Assembly: GCA_002633005.1 (NCBI GenBank) | Contig: NMRA01000399.1 | Span: 326,089-390,088 of the forward strand | Reading direction: 5' to 3' | Length of the DNA stretch: 64,000 nucleotides | Origin: Phoronis australis | Lineage: Eukaryota > Animalia > Phoronida | In this document: positions 24,601 through 35,620 of the stretch, one piece after another | How positions within the stretch are numbered: position 1 is the first letter of the stretch | Layout of the letters: every line of letters starts with the position of its first letter | Translations under genes and position numbers: made by a program | The notes under the pieces: generated by a model | Seen by the model: the letters and a program-made list of their open reading frames with translations, nothing else | Told to the model about the DNA's origin: nothing | Database searches by the model: none

Positions 24601-27600
24601 ATGGCCTTTTTATGCTCTTTTCTGCGCATCGTCCGTAGTGATGAGCGGAATCTGCAATTTTCTGACCACGCTTGGTCTCTGTTTGGTCAATGCACTGTTA
24701 GTTCCAACAAAGTTGGAGATTATCAAAACATACGTGTCACAGCGATCAGCTCATTTCAAGTGATCATCGTTATTTATATCCCTTTCGCTCTTTATCTAAC
24801 AGTAAACACTTTCAGGTAACTCGATGTCACGATTCCTAGTTCAGCCTGAACAATCACTGAAGATATTTAGAAAGTGAAATTGGGTAATCAAATCGTGCGC
24901 CGCCCCTAAAGTTGTAAGCGCCACTTCAAAATTAGTTTCTCATTACGTTTATTTTCACACACGCAGTGGAACAACGAGACTTTTTACAAAGCATGGAATC
25001 GTCTGTGCTATGAGTTATTACCAAATCATAACGGTAGGTGGCAGACGACGGCAATGGAAGCTCGTGTCTCTCGCTTGCTTTAATCGTAAGGCCATTCGGC
25101 CTCCCGTTCAGTAACGCTAGGTCCTCGCTAAAAAGCAAGACTTCGCGAGATTACATGAGATATTGCTGTGAATTTTAAATAAGAGCACGTGACTTTGACT
25201 AGGTTTTAGCTAGGTCCTAGCGTAGATCCTAGCGTCTACTGAACGCAAGCCAGGTATGGTATGTAACTCTATTTAATATGATAGATAAGGCCAAACCAAG
25301 CTAGTGTGAAACAGACCAAGAGCTGCGTGCTACTTGAGAGATCGTTGAAAGGCGTACACGTAGACTTACCTACTCGGCGACACACACGTAAACTTTTCAG
25401 TGAAGTATAGACCGGGAGAGTAGACCAAAATACCAGGTTTGTCGACATTTCAAAGTGTTGTAAGTCAATGTGGCAACTTTCGTTATTGAACTTGTGAACT
25501 ATTTGTCCAAGCTGTAAACCTGTCCACGTTTGCATTTCAGGGCCCAGTTGGCTCTCCAGGAGCGGTTGGTTCACAGGGCCCTATTGGCGACCCGGTATGT
25601 ACGCACACATTCGGTCCTCCTTACTGCTCTGTCTCATTATAAATAATCTCCTATGCATGCCTTGCGAATTGTATACAGTATTCCGTGAAACGAACAGAGC
25701 TGCACAGAACTATAAATTTAGTCAGAATACACCTGACACCGTCTGTTGGCACACAGTAGACTTACTCTCCTGTCTGCCACCTTTTTACACAGAACATGTA
25801 CAGAAAACACATTGTGATGTTTTAGTATCACGTGAGATAATTTACTGTTTTCGTGGGACAGACTGACTCAGTAGAGATCTGGTGGACCTTATTTAATGCT
25901 TCAAAATGGCTTGTCTCATTATCACGTAAGGGGAACACACCAACGCTTGTCAAATATATATTTTTACGTCTGTCTAACATTATATTTTTCACGCGTATGG
26001 AGAGCGTCTTTAGGATTACTCAAATGGGCTAAAACAACATTGGAAAATTTTAGTCAGTGAGCGTTACCCACTCAAAGTCAATATTCTTTAATCAGCCCCC
26101 TGTTTCATTGCATAATCTCATAGATAATAGCCTTTTGTACTTTATGCGCAGCAAATACCAACGAAAACATAAGCTAACCAGTCCCAAAATCGTTCATGTT
26201 TTGCATTAAAGTGCTTATGTCAATGGTAATGCTTACACACCTCTAACCAATGTTTATAACTCAGTATGTCCCGTGACGTCATATGGTGTGGTAGAAAATA
26301 CGAAGTAGGAAGACGATACATTGTATATAATGCAACCCATAGATGCCGTCTTTAGGGAGAAAAGAGAGAAAACGCCACACAAAATCAGGCGTATTGAAGG
26401 CGAGTTTTATTGGAGTACACCCCCTCGAGCGACTGGAAATAAAAAGCATTTCAAATGTATTCTCTGTACAGGGTGCACCTGGGAAAGTCGGCTCGAAAGG
26501 AGAACGTGGTAATACCGGACAGAAGGGTGAACCGGGTCTCGCGGTAAGTTTTCTTTTTGAGTGTACGTTTAGTAGAGTTCGTTAGATATATGCTCGTGAG
26601 ATTGCAACGACCTCTGCAGTACCAGTGCAGAACTTATAAAGCTGCTACCTAACCACCTGGGATCAACAAGTAACTTTTGAGTTTGACCATTTATATTGAT
26701 TTTAAGCTTATCTTATTGATTTCTGGACTCGTTATTGTTCGAGACCATGCCTTATATGTCGCCACCGTCAACCAGCCACACGTTAATGAATTCAATCTTT
26801 GTGTGCCTCCAGGGTCCACCTGGCCCACCAGGACCTCCCGGAGACGCCCAGCCGTTCCCCCTGCACATGTTGGGCGATGCCACTTCTGGTAAGAACAGGC
26901 GTCGCCGTCGCGCCGTGAGCGATGACAACAAAGGCGAAGAAGATGAGCTGCCCGACCTCAATGAAATCCCCATTACACCAACGATCGGACGTGTCGTCGA
27001 AACGTTGTTCGGTCAACTTGATGATATGCGGGAGGACATCGATTCCATGAGATTCCCCAATGGTTCCCGAGAAGCCCCAGCAAGAAGTTGCAAAGATATC
27101 TACTTGGGTCATCCCGACTCCAAGGATGGTTCGTAACTCATTTGAATTATCGAGTCAAAGCACACTATGTGGAAGAACAGAACTCACCGACATGATGTCT
27201 AAACCGTGCTGCGCCTTTGTCAAGTCTTGCGATGCCTTTTTTCGCTGAAATCAATTTACATGAGCACAATAACATTGTTAACAAATTGAATTTTTCTGAA
27301 CATTTCTCCAGGGACGTTTTTTGGTGTTTCTGATAAGGACGCGAGACACAAGAAAGCTCGTTGGCAAGTAACCATTAATGTCTGAAAACTCAGTTAAGAG
27401 GGTGAAAATTTGTTCTTTTCGCTTTTCATAGTCGAACTATATCAGGAGACTATGGTTAACATAACCTTTACGGAGACAGGAGTCTTCCATTAACATTCCT
27501 GTGTGTAACTACTCTAAGCATAAAGTTGTTTCTAGACTCTTCCATTTGAGCACGATGTTTTGCAGGCTGGTATTGGATAGATCCCAATCTGGGGGTCATC

Positions 27601-29316
27601 AACGACGCTATTCAGGTGATGTGTAACTTTAGCAAGGAATACCAACAGACCTGCCTATTCCCGACACACGACACGAGGATGGTGTCGCCGAGACATTGGA
27701 AGAAAGGCAAGGATAACACGTGGTTCAGCGAAATGGATCAAGGTTTTGAGGTGATTGCAACAGCTGATCATGTATTTTTATTATTATGTGTTGAAGGTAA
27801 TCCATGTTCAGATTATCGACGCTTGAATTTCGCATACTGTAGTACATCCAAAATAATGTCTGGAGTTCACTGAATTTTTGGAGAAGGTAAAAGGTGAATT
27901 CTACGATTCAGATTCATATTGCTTAAAGTCATATTTTAAGTATGGTTTTGAAAAAATCTGTGGTGTGAGTAGAATCAATGCACTGGAAATTACTCGACTC
28001 GATACAACCTTATGAGTTCATACTGTCATAACGAATAGTTCAAGTCGTCTTTATCCTTGCTCTCTGTGAACATAGTTATACAATCACCACTACTGCTACT
28101 AAGACAACATTTAAGCTGGTCACAAAACAACTTTTGATGTAAATCACTTACACTAATGAAATTGTTCGTTAGTCAAAACCGTGTGATCTGGGATTGTAAC
28201 CTTAATTTTTATTGTTGCTTGAGAAATGGCCTCGAGCAATAATAAGCTGTTTGTTCTTTGCTAGAGCAAAATCGCTTCTCATTCGAGCAACAAAGGAAAT
28301 TTTGTAAGCCAATTTTATAGCAGCTAATGCTCTGTAGTAAAAGTTCATCGCCGCTTTAATTTTATGCTTACTTGAACGCGCAACTTTGACCTGTTCCTTC
28401 AGATTGATTACGGACAGAAGACACAGTTGGCGTTCCTTCGTCTACTTCACGGCGAGGCTTCGCAAGAATTTACATACTACTGCAGCAACGCCGTGGCACA
28501 CTATAACAAAGCCAAGGGTAACTACGCCAAGGCCGTCGTGTTGCTAGGAGCAAACGAGCACGAGTGGACGGGTCCTACAATGAATGGGTTCGACGTAGTC
28601 TATGACGGATGTCAGGTAAGCACTTACGTCATGCTAGAAATAATTTTTGAGCATTAACTTATGTGTTTCTTTTATATTGGTCCTGTTGTACGTAACGCTC
28701 TTGGCCAGATCATAATGTGGGTAGGTTCAGTCTTTAGGAATGTTCAAAGTGGTGAATGTTTAGAGAATTAAACAATGACAGCCGGGAAGGTCGCCGAACT
28801 TTGCGGTGACCGGTAGAGAAGAGAAGACGACTGACATCCAAGGCGGGGGAAAGAAAAAATCTAAAATTCACCCGTCTTCTTCGAACAACTAGTAGCTATG
28901 AAACGTTGATCCTTGTGAGGTCTAAGTGCTTGGCTATTGACAGAAACCAAGAAAACTTAGAATCACATATCATTAAATTTAGTTAGTTGGCCTAAACAGG
29001 GTGTTAAGAAGTGATTGAATTGTTGAATTGTCGACTATGCAATGGACTAAGGTTACGATATTCCAAAGCGTGTGTTAGTCCTTATATTGGACCAGTGTGT
29101 TTTCCAATCAAACTGGTAACAGAATGATACACTTATTCGACAAAAACATTATTTTGATTTCCTTTTTTTCAGGAGAACAAAAATAAGCAGTACACCAAGT
29201 TCCAAATTAAAACAGTCAAAAAGAACAGGCTCCCAGTTATAGATTTCCAACCGAAAGATTACGGAAAACCATGGCAAAAGTTCGGCTTCGAAGTTGGTCA
29301 GCTCTGTTTCCGATGA
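657..29316 (+). CDS. Fibrillar collagen alpha chain, clade B (COL5/COL11-like); 5'-partial, spliced
   Basis: AG/GT-bounded exons read in frame: 657-794, 1546-1614, 2044-2208, 2999-3205, 5657-5755, 6518-6670, 8024-8122, 8488-8640, 8930-8983, [10504-10611 | 10658-10765], 11510-11591, 11931-12100, 12821-12874, [13303-13356 | 13578-13631], 14958-15011, 15737-15829, 16340-16501, 17111-17164, 17550-17603, 18321-18428, 18799-18852, 19141-19302, 20020-20127, 21015-21122, 21652-21759, 22299-22460, 23174-23227, 23855-23962, 24309-24416, 25541-25594, 26472-26543, 26813-27128, 27566-27750, 28403-28615, 29173-29316 (TGA). Helix exon sizes are mostly 54/99/108/153/162 nt. Minor-helix end [10 protein letters not shown], linker ...[14 protein letters not shown], furin site RRRRR, COLFI motifs [36 protein letters not shown]. 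Triplet-by-triplet similarity to alpha1(XI)/alpha1(V), recalled from memory. Confidence 0.95.
1030..1405 (+). mobile_element. Degenerate LINE (L2/CR1-like) 3' end
   Basis: AT-rich 3'UTR ending in a ctctcttgaaaagtagtg...ctgcag stem and an aataaatgaataaat tail; resembles the - strand copy at 56.7 kb. Confidence 0.35.
1448..1516. repeat. 28-bp tandem repeat, about 2.5 copies
   Basis: gccattgtgggccgcatgtcattctccc. Confidence 0.9.
3303..4612 (+). mobile_element. Non-autonomous Helentron/HINE (DINE-1-like) element with an internal tandem array
   Basis: Starts tttttatgcgcccac with an inner inverted copy (gtggtcgcat); internal ~145-bp monomers in a ~436-450-bp higher-order repeat; ends with hairpin aacgcgccgcgtt plus gctcttgtt. 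Confidence 0.6.
4685..5419 (-). mobile_element. Possible LTR remnant with a PBS-like sequence
   Basis: Inverted ends AATTACA...TGTAATT (4733/5419); on the - strand the end is followed by TGGTGACACCCC (PBS-like). Confidence 0.3.
5992..6242 (+). mobile_element. tRNA-derived SINE with a 14-bp target-site duplication
   Basis: Box A tggcctggttg, box B ggttcaagtcc, then cccttgagccagg core and an AT tail; TSD ttctgaaaaaatat at 5978-5991 and 6243-6256. Confidence 0.8.
6898..7067. mobile_element. MITE (second copy at about 38885-39045)
   Basis: TIR cctcaaatttc ... gaaatatgagg; internal gtca(t/c)gtgactttcaaa shared with the copy in cathepsin intron 2. Confidence 0.6.
9155..9290. repeat. 22-bp minisatellite x6
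   Basis: aaagtcaagctaacttaagacc. Confidence 0.95.
10504..10611 (+). CDS. Collagen helix exon 10a (108 nt; [36 protein letters not shown]), candidate mutually exclusive exon
   Basis: Acceptor ttccag|GGA, donor ACT|gtatgt, 12 perfect Gly-X-Y triplets; paralogue of the next exon. Confidence 0.88.
10658..10765 (+). CDS. Collagen helix exon 10b (108 nt; [36 protein letters not shown]), candidate mutually exclusive exon
   Basis: Acceptor tttcag|GGA, donor CCC|gtatgt, 12 perfect triplets; 30/36 aa identical to 10a; 46-nt spacer. Confidence 0.88.
12581..12696. repeat. 38-bp tandem repeat, about 3 copies
   Basis: tgtgttttacacgtgccattgtccgtgttgttcatttc. Confidence 0.85.
13206..13299. repeat. Exact 45-bp tandem duplication just upstream of the 13303 acceptor
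   Basis: actgtacaatgtgtgactaattgttttacaaatgactgtatatga x2. Confidence 0.9.
13303..13356 (+). CDS. Collagen helix 54-nt exon [18 protein letters not shown] (candidate alternative A)
   Basis: ctgcag|GGT ... CCA|gtaagt, 6 triplets. Confidence 0.85.
13578..13631 (+). CDS. Collagen helix 54-nt exon [18 protein letters not shown] (candidate alternative B)
   Basis: tatcag|GGT ... CCG|gtaagt, 6 triplets; preceded by a long pyrimidine-rich, AG-free stretch. Confidence 0.85.
17135..17302 (+). repeat. 42-bp tandem repeat x4 spanning an exon end and its 5' splice site
   Basis: ggcgggtcaccaggcatacaaggacccacc|gtaagtaatttg. Confidence 0.95.
23450..23790. repeat. 46-50-bp minisatellite, about 7 copies
   Basis: ctaaataacatgcgacagtttgtttgactgatagcgaggctactagcaaa. 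Confidence 0.9.
25098..25250. mobile_element. Small MITE
   Basis: Inverted ends ggcctcccgttcagtaacgctag / ctagcgtctactgaacgcaagcc. Confidence 0.55.
26813..29316 (+). CDS. Collagen C-telopeptide, furin site and COLFI C-propeptide exons
   Basis: Exons 26813-27128, 27566-27750, 28403-28615, 29173-29316 with standard COLFI motifs; stop TGA 29314-29316. Confidence 0.93.
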
Positions 29317-29713
29317 TGAGTCAGTCTCAATCCAATAATAGAACATTATTGTTCTTTATTTAGTCAATTTTACAAACTTTTGTATTTTGATAACAAAATG
29401 TCAAACGGGACTAGTGATACTGGCGGGCTTGTGGTTTGCATATGACGTTTCGGCACATCCTAAAAGTCTTCACCAGTCCCGATTCAAAATGGTGCTATCG
29501 TAGCTTCTGTGATTGTGTGTAAACATTGCATATATATTTGGAAGATTTTCGTCATCAGAACGAACACACGTGCTTTTTGCCATGGCAATTTTAAAGCTGC
29601 TTAATTTATATTAAGAGTTAAAGTTCGTCGCGTCCGATGCTTTGCACGTGGCAATTCGCACGTGCGTTCGTTTCTGGTGATCAAGAAGAATGTATAACTG
29701 GTGACGTGACTGT

Positions 29714-29719
29714 AATAAA
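29714..29719 (+). promoter_or_regulatory. Likely polyadenylation signal of the collagen gene
   Basis: AATAAA about 400 nt after the stop, followed by GT/T-rich sequence. Confidence 0.5.
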
Positions 29720-31017
29720 ATGATTATCAATAGAACGCTAGTTTGTGTAAGATTTGATTTTGCTTTCGGATGTGTAAGGTTTCTAAACCTCGACCATACA
29801 CTGCCAATTTTATTCCAATTATCGAAACACGTCTGTAAAGCAAAGTCATATCAACCTTTATAGCATAGAGAGGTAAAGTATGGTTTAATTACTGTTGCTC
29901 AAGAATACAATTTCATACTGTTAGAGACGCGGCTGTAGCGGTAAAACTTAGTGTTTTAGTTTGTACCTACTATTTACCACATCGTATTTAGACCTTACAA
30001 TATTGTCTGGCTTGACGCCACTAGATCTAGCTGACCACGTGGCGGATGTACATTGTGCCACCTTGCGGCGCCACGTGCTCTGGAGATATTTGATGTCGAG
30101 CGACCAAAAGAATTAAGTTACCAATTGAATCTATGTAAATTGTCGTTAATTTCTCGTAGTTATTTTCTTCAATTATCAGACCATTTACCGAACAAGGATA
30201 GACGATGTCAACACTTCTCATCAGTTTTGACGAGGCCAACGTATCTCGATCCACCGACTGCATGGCGCGTTCAGAGTATAGTAGAATACTTCTGAAGCCA
30301 GTATTTTGTCGTGAGCCATTACTTACTTGCCTAGTTCAGGGTTATTGTGATAATAGGCTTAAGTAGTGCTTTGATGTCTTGATGACGTAACACAACTTGT
30401 AGCGACTGAACCGTTGTTAAAACTGTACTAGCCGTGCAGTTCACTGCCATGTTTCATTAAAACCGTATTTCGAACCAAAGACGTTTCGTTTGTTCTAATG
30501 TGCATTAGTGTTACCCCACTTACAAACACGTATTTACCGATACAGAGATAAAGGTAGAAAACTTATGGAACACGTTTAAGTATAAGCTTTGAAAATATAG
30601 AGGTTACCCTTGGTAGTTGCAATGCCGAATTGGCCCGTCGCAGCCGCCGGGACTGGACATCATGAACATAAACCAGCTTCAGTTGGAAACTAAACCTCCA
30701 GTCACGAAAAGACTATAATAGTGAGCTAAAGAAATAATGTGCACGTAATTATTTTGGTGAATTAGCCACGAAACTGAAATCTACATACTTTTCGGGGGCC
30801 GCGGTTTCCCCTTCCGGGCCACAGAACCGTCAGGGCAAAAGCTATACAGTAACAATGATTTGAATGATGTATTTGTATATCTAAATAAAGAATCCCCTAA
30901 CATTTGACCGTAGAATATAAAATCGAGTTATTGTTTCACAACAACTTTCAGTCAGCAAACACTGAATTAGCATTCGCTAACACGGCATCGGTGCCCGGTC
31001 AATTACCTTTATTGTAT

Positions 31018-31762
31018 CTGAAGCCGGTAACGCAGTGGTCTTATTCAATGCTGGCTTCTCAAAACATTTGCACTCACGAATACTCCAAAGACATTACAAA
31101 TTGTATCTAACGAGACAGACTTTGTTTCAGTTTTATGTAAGCATTGGTTTGGGTGAAAATATTTCATTTTGAAACAGAACGCAGAATAATAAACGACATC
31201 ATGGCAACTAGCAATCCCCGTACTTGGACGAGTGCTCATCCGACGAAGACTTCACAGGTGGACCGTTATGTTTTACAGGCTATCAGTTCGAACCGAAATA
31301 CACTGATCAAGAAACATTACAGAGGCGCTGTGAACATGCAACGGAAGGTATGGATAGTTCTTTGGTAAGCCGGAATTCGTCAGAGAAATGACTGTCGACG
31401 AAATGCTGACGACAGACACGGAGATGTTTCACGGCCTCATACTTGCTATTAACAGCGTACTCTTCACTTTCTAAGCAATTCAGGCTCTCGAGAAAGTCTA
31501 TAAAACTATATAAACGCTTTCCTCGCAGCTTCATAGTGCGGACAAGTGGGAACGATCCACAGCAACATAGCGGCATTCACTCTGCAGATGAACCACTGAC
31601 GTCGCTGCATCTTTTCTTACCTTCCTCGCAGGTTAGCGCGACACCTCTCGGCAAGCGAAGATCGGGTGCCATTCTCCTTTAAAATACTTTTCCACAAAAC
31701 ACAGATTTGGAGAAAAAAATCTTGTGAAACGGAAAACAATTAACTGTTGTTTTTACCTTCAG
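31018..31762. mobile_element. Degenerate Kolobok-like DNA transposon remnant (THAP fragment plus convergent YQFEP fragment)
   Basis: - strand ORF 31576-31307 MPLCCC...RVCRQHF is THAP-like; + strand GYQFEPKYTDQE near 31278; imperfect inverted ends ctgaag...cagt / actg...cttcag. Confidence 0.4.
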
Positions 31763-33289
31763 TCAAATAGATATCTTGATGATCTTGATAAGCATTTCCA
31801 GTTCTCATTAATTGCTGTTCCCATAGCGTGTATTTAGTATCCATGAAGCATCAAAGAGTGACGTAAGAGGCCTTGCAAAAGAGGTGCATCTTGGTTAATC
31901 TACATTCATTGAACAAACACGTTATCTGAAGTTATCATTCAAAATCCGAATAATGTTGAAATTAAGACAGGTAATTTTGCATGTTGTTAAGTAAAGTAGC
32001 GACTTTTTGAAAAACAGAAAAGGTAGCCCTACAGCACTACCGCAGTGGACTACGGGTACGTTAAGTACCCTACGATATTAGGCCTACCTACGCTATCGTA
32101 TCGAGTTGAGTTACCAAGTGGAAACACGGTCTCCTTCGTGCACACATCTAAAACTGCTAAGCAACATGTGGTAATAATTGATGGGATTTCGTGAGTTCCC
32201 ACCAAAATGGTTAGACAAAAGGACAGTTTAAGTGAACAGGAAGCAGAACAATTTGTCACAGCAGAAATGGTCGCTTGACATAACCTTTGATGTCCCATAT
32301 TAAAAATAATGTCATACTTTTTGTATGAAAATACCGCATATGGAAATAATCTGATGGGGTCTAAGTAAGACAATGCGCTAGTGTTGGCGTACGAAGTAAA
32401 CGGTTGCATTCGTTACATCTCTCTTACGTTCTTTGCACCTCTCTTACGTTCGTTGCACCTCTCTTACGTTCGTTGCAACTCCTTTACGTTCCACTTAAAG
32501 CTACCACCTTGATCATGGTTACTATTTATCACGTAAATAATTATTTCTGTGCAAAAATCATACCGTCATTGATTCCATTTACAACATTCATTCATGAATT
32601 TGAATAACCAACTCAAGGTGTTTGCTAATGGTTCTACAATCAATTCCCGGGCACACGGAAGTGAACCACTTCGTCGATCTCAACTGTAAATGATTCTTAA
32701 AGAAAATATTCTGTTGCGAAAAGTACGTATAAGAGCTTCAGAAAGTCTTTATCAATCGATCAAAATTTTTAACAAATACCATTCACTTACATGTCGGTTA
32801 TACACGATAAACCAGAGACAAACAAACTCAGCGTATATATAGCAAGCACAGGGGAAGCTGACAAGCAGAACGACCCAAGCTACCAGCGATCTTAGCGGTG
32901 AAAAATGAAACATAAACCTGTGTTGAGTATCAACAAAATGATATCTATGTAAAAATTGTGCATGTACAATTACCTAGGGTTTACAATATAAACTACCGAT
33001 GCAATAATGGGAGAAACTAAAATAAGGAACAAATTAAGAATGATGTAGCCTAAGCTCTAACATGGTTGACACAACAAATGAAAATGTCTAAGCAGGCATA
33101 ACTACATGATTGAAATTCATTACACAGCGCATGGAAACAAGAATCAGAGATGATGGGTTAGACAAATCTTTTAAATACTTTTAAAATTCTAAAACTTTTG
33201 CGATCCTAAGATGCACAGATTCTGGACTTTGATATTGAGCATTTTTCTGAACAGTTTTGCAACAAGTGAGTTTTTGCGGCTGAGGAGAA

Positions 33290-35620
33290 GGCGTGAATGG
33301 AGTGAGTAAATATCTTTTCAATTAATATATTTTGTTTTTAACAATTAATAATTTTGGAAGAAAGTTGAAGAGGCTCTTGGCTTTAGTGAGTGGTATTGGT
33401 AATAATGGGTTGAGCGGTGGAAGTGTTACACAAAAATCGACGTATCTTGAGGGGACATTTTTTGTCGTTTGGATGAATCAAGATTGATGTCATCATGAAA
33501 ATCTGAGACAAATGGGGTAAGAGCTTATTACAAGACTGATAGAAAAATTTTAGGCAGGAAATATGAAAAATGTCGTTTAAGGAAAGAAGACTCAGTGATC
33601 GAAATAACGGGTCAGTATGAGCTAGGAAGCATGATGACGTAATATTTCGAACAGCACGTTTTTGTAATACTTGTAGTCGACGGCAGTTGTGGAAACCTCA
33701 ACATGTTACAGCATATTAAGTAAATTGTGGTAAAATGAGAGATTTATAAATTAAAAGAAGAACATGTTGAGGAAATGTTCTTTTTATCTTGTGCAGTACA
33801 CCACATGTTTCAGCAGTCTTGTTTGCTCTTTCTTGTATACGTTTGTTCCAAGATAAGTGTCTTTCTACATAGGCGGATTTAGGGGGGGCAGGGGGCCCGC
33901 CCCCCCCCCNTGTTTGGGGGGGGGGCTCAGATCCAATGTCAAGTGTCAAATTCGGAACACGGTTTATTCGTAACGGAACTATGGCTAAGTATAGGCTCTC
34001 CCGCGATATCCCAGGCGACCGGCAGTGGCACTACGACTCCGTTTCCGTCGTCTGCTCCACTGTGCAATGAAGAAAATTTACTTCATTTTTTAAAGAAAAT
34101 GGAACCTGAGTGACGATGAAAAAACAGAAGCTGCTGGTAAGATGTGAATTTTAATAGAAGCCTTAGTGAATCACTCAGAAACTCATAATTCTCTCTTTGT
34201 CAAACCTTAACTTAAGACGATTTCCAAAGCAATCCCGTCATTATTGCCAACACGAAAAACGAATTTGGTCTTTTAGGCATTTGAAGACTATTTTAAATAC
34301 AAAAAAATTGTTAAGAACCGATTGCACAAAATATAAAACGTGTAATAAGCATTACAAAAAGAAGTAGGTTTCGCGCGCAAACGCTGTGGACCATAAACAA
34401 GTAGGTCTCTTAGTATACGATCAGTAATTAAGGCGTGGTGGTGTAGTGGTAAAGCATGCGCGCTCTATTGACCAGTTCGAGTCTCTGGTATCTTGCAGTT
34501 TTCTTGTTTGACACGTTTTTTTGTTTTTTTTTGCCTTTTTTCTTGGATAATACTTCAGGAATCAAGGAAAATGTTTGATTTTTAGAGGAAAAAACAGAAA
34601 AATTTCCTGGGCAGGAGGGAGGAAACCCCCCTCCCGACCTCCCCCCATTCGGTGCTATGCGCATCTACAATCGTGGTTTGCGCAAATGCTTACAGCCGGA
34701 CAAAATGTTGGGTCCCCCTTGCGATATCCTAGATCCGCCACTGGTCTAGATGTAATCCCAAAAACTTAAATGTTTCGACATATGTGATTGCCTTGTTCAG
34801 GATTTGCAGATCAGGAATGTGTTGCTCTTTGAGATATTTCTGAGGAAAGCTAAATAACATGTATTTGGTTTTTGAGGAGTTAAGCGAGAGTTTATTTGCT
34901 ATCACCCAGGCAGTTAGACGTGAGAGTTCATTGTTTAAGAAAACAGCTGATGCATCTGTTGAGAAAGTGCTTATGTTAAGAGGGGTGATAAGGCACGTGT
35001 CATCTGCGTACATGAGTACATCAAGTGAATTGGATAGATGTAGACCATTTACATATACCAGAAAAAGAAAGAGTCCCAGAATGGAACTTTGAGGAACACC
35101 AGTGGTAATCTGTAAGTTGGCAGATTCTTCTTTTGTCAACAAATACGAATTGCATTCTGTATGATAAATAACTTGTGAACCACTGTATTTCATTGCCACG
35201 AATACCGTAGTATTGTAATTTCTGAAGAAGAATTTTGTGATCAATGGTTTCAAATGCCTTTGAGAGATCGATAAATGGTGTTAAAGGATTTTGACCTCTA
35301 GCTAGAAAAGTGTGCATTTTGTCAAAAAGTTCAAGAGCAGCACGTTCAGTAGAAAAATTCGCGCGAAAACCATATTTGATGCTTGTAGAGAATTTCATTT
35401 TTATTTAGTGATGTATATAACTGCTCAATCACAATTTTCTCAAATAATTTGAAAATTTTTACGTTAGTATGGATAATGAACAATAGATGGATAGAACAGA
35501 GTCATCAAGATCATTTCCTTTGAATACTGGAATTGTTTTGCAATTTTAAGTTGATTAGGAAAGACTCCCTGCATAAGCGATTGATTGATAAGAAACGTGA
35601 TTGGAGGTGTAAGTTCGTCG
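33290..35620 (-). pseudogene. Degenerate non-LTR retrotransposon (L2/CR1/Crack-like) reverse transcriptase, frameshifted and interrupted
   Basis: YGFRANFSTERA, FIDLSKAFETIDH, TGVPQSSILG..LFLVYVN, MYADDT, NKLSLNSSKTKYM, FKFLGLHLD | RHLSWNKRI, LLLIYKSLILP, spread over several frames. Confidence 0.9.
33868..34743. mobile_element. hAT-like non-autonomous element inserted in the LINE
   Basis: Ends cataggcggatttagg(G)n ... cctagatccgccactg; splits the LINE peptide LHLD|RHLSW. Confidence 0.7.
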
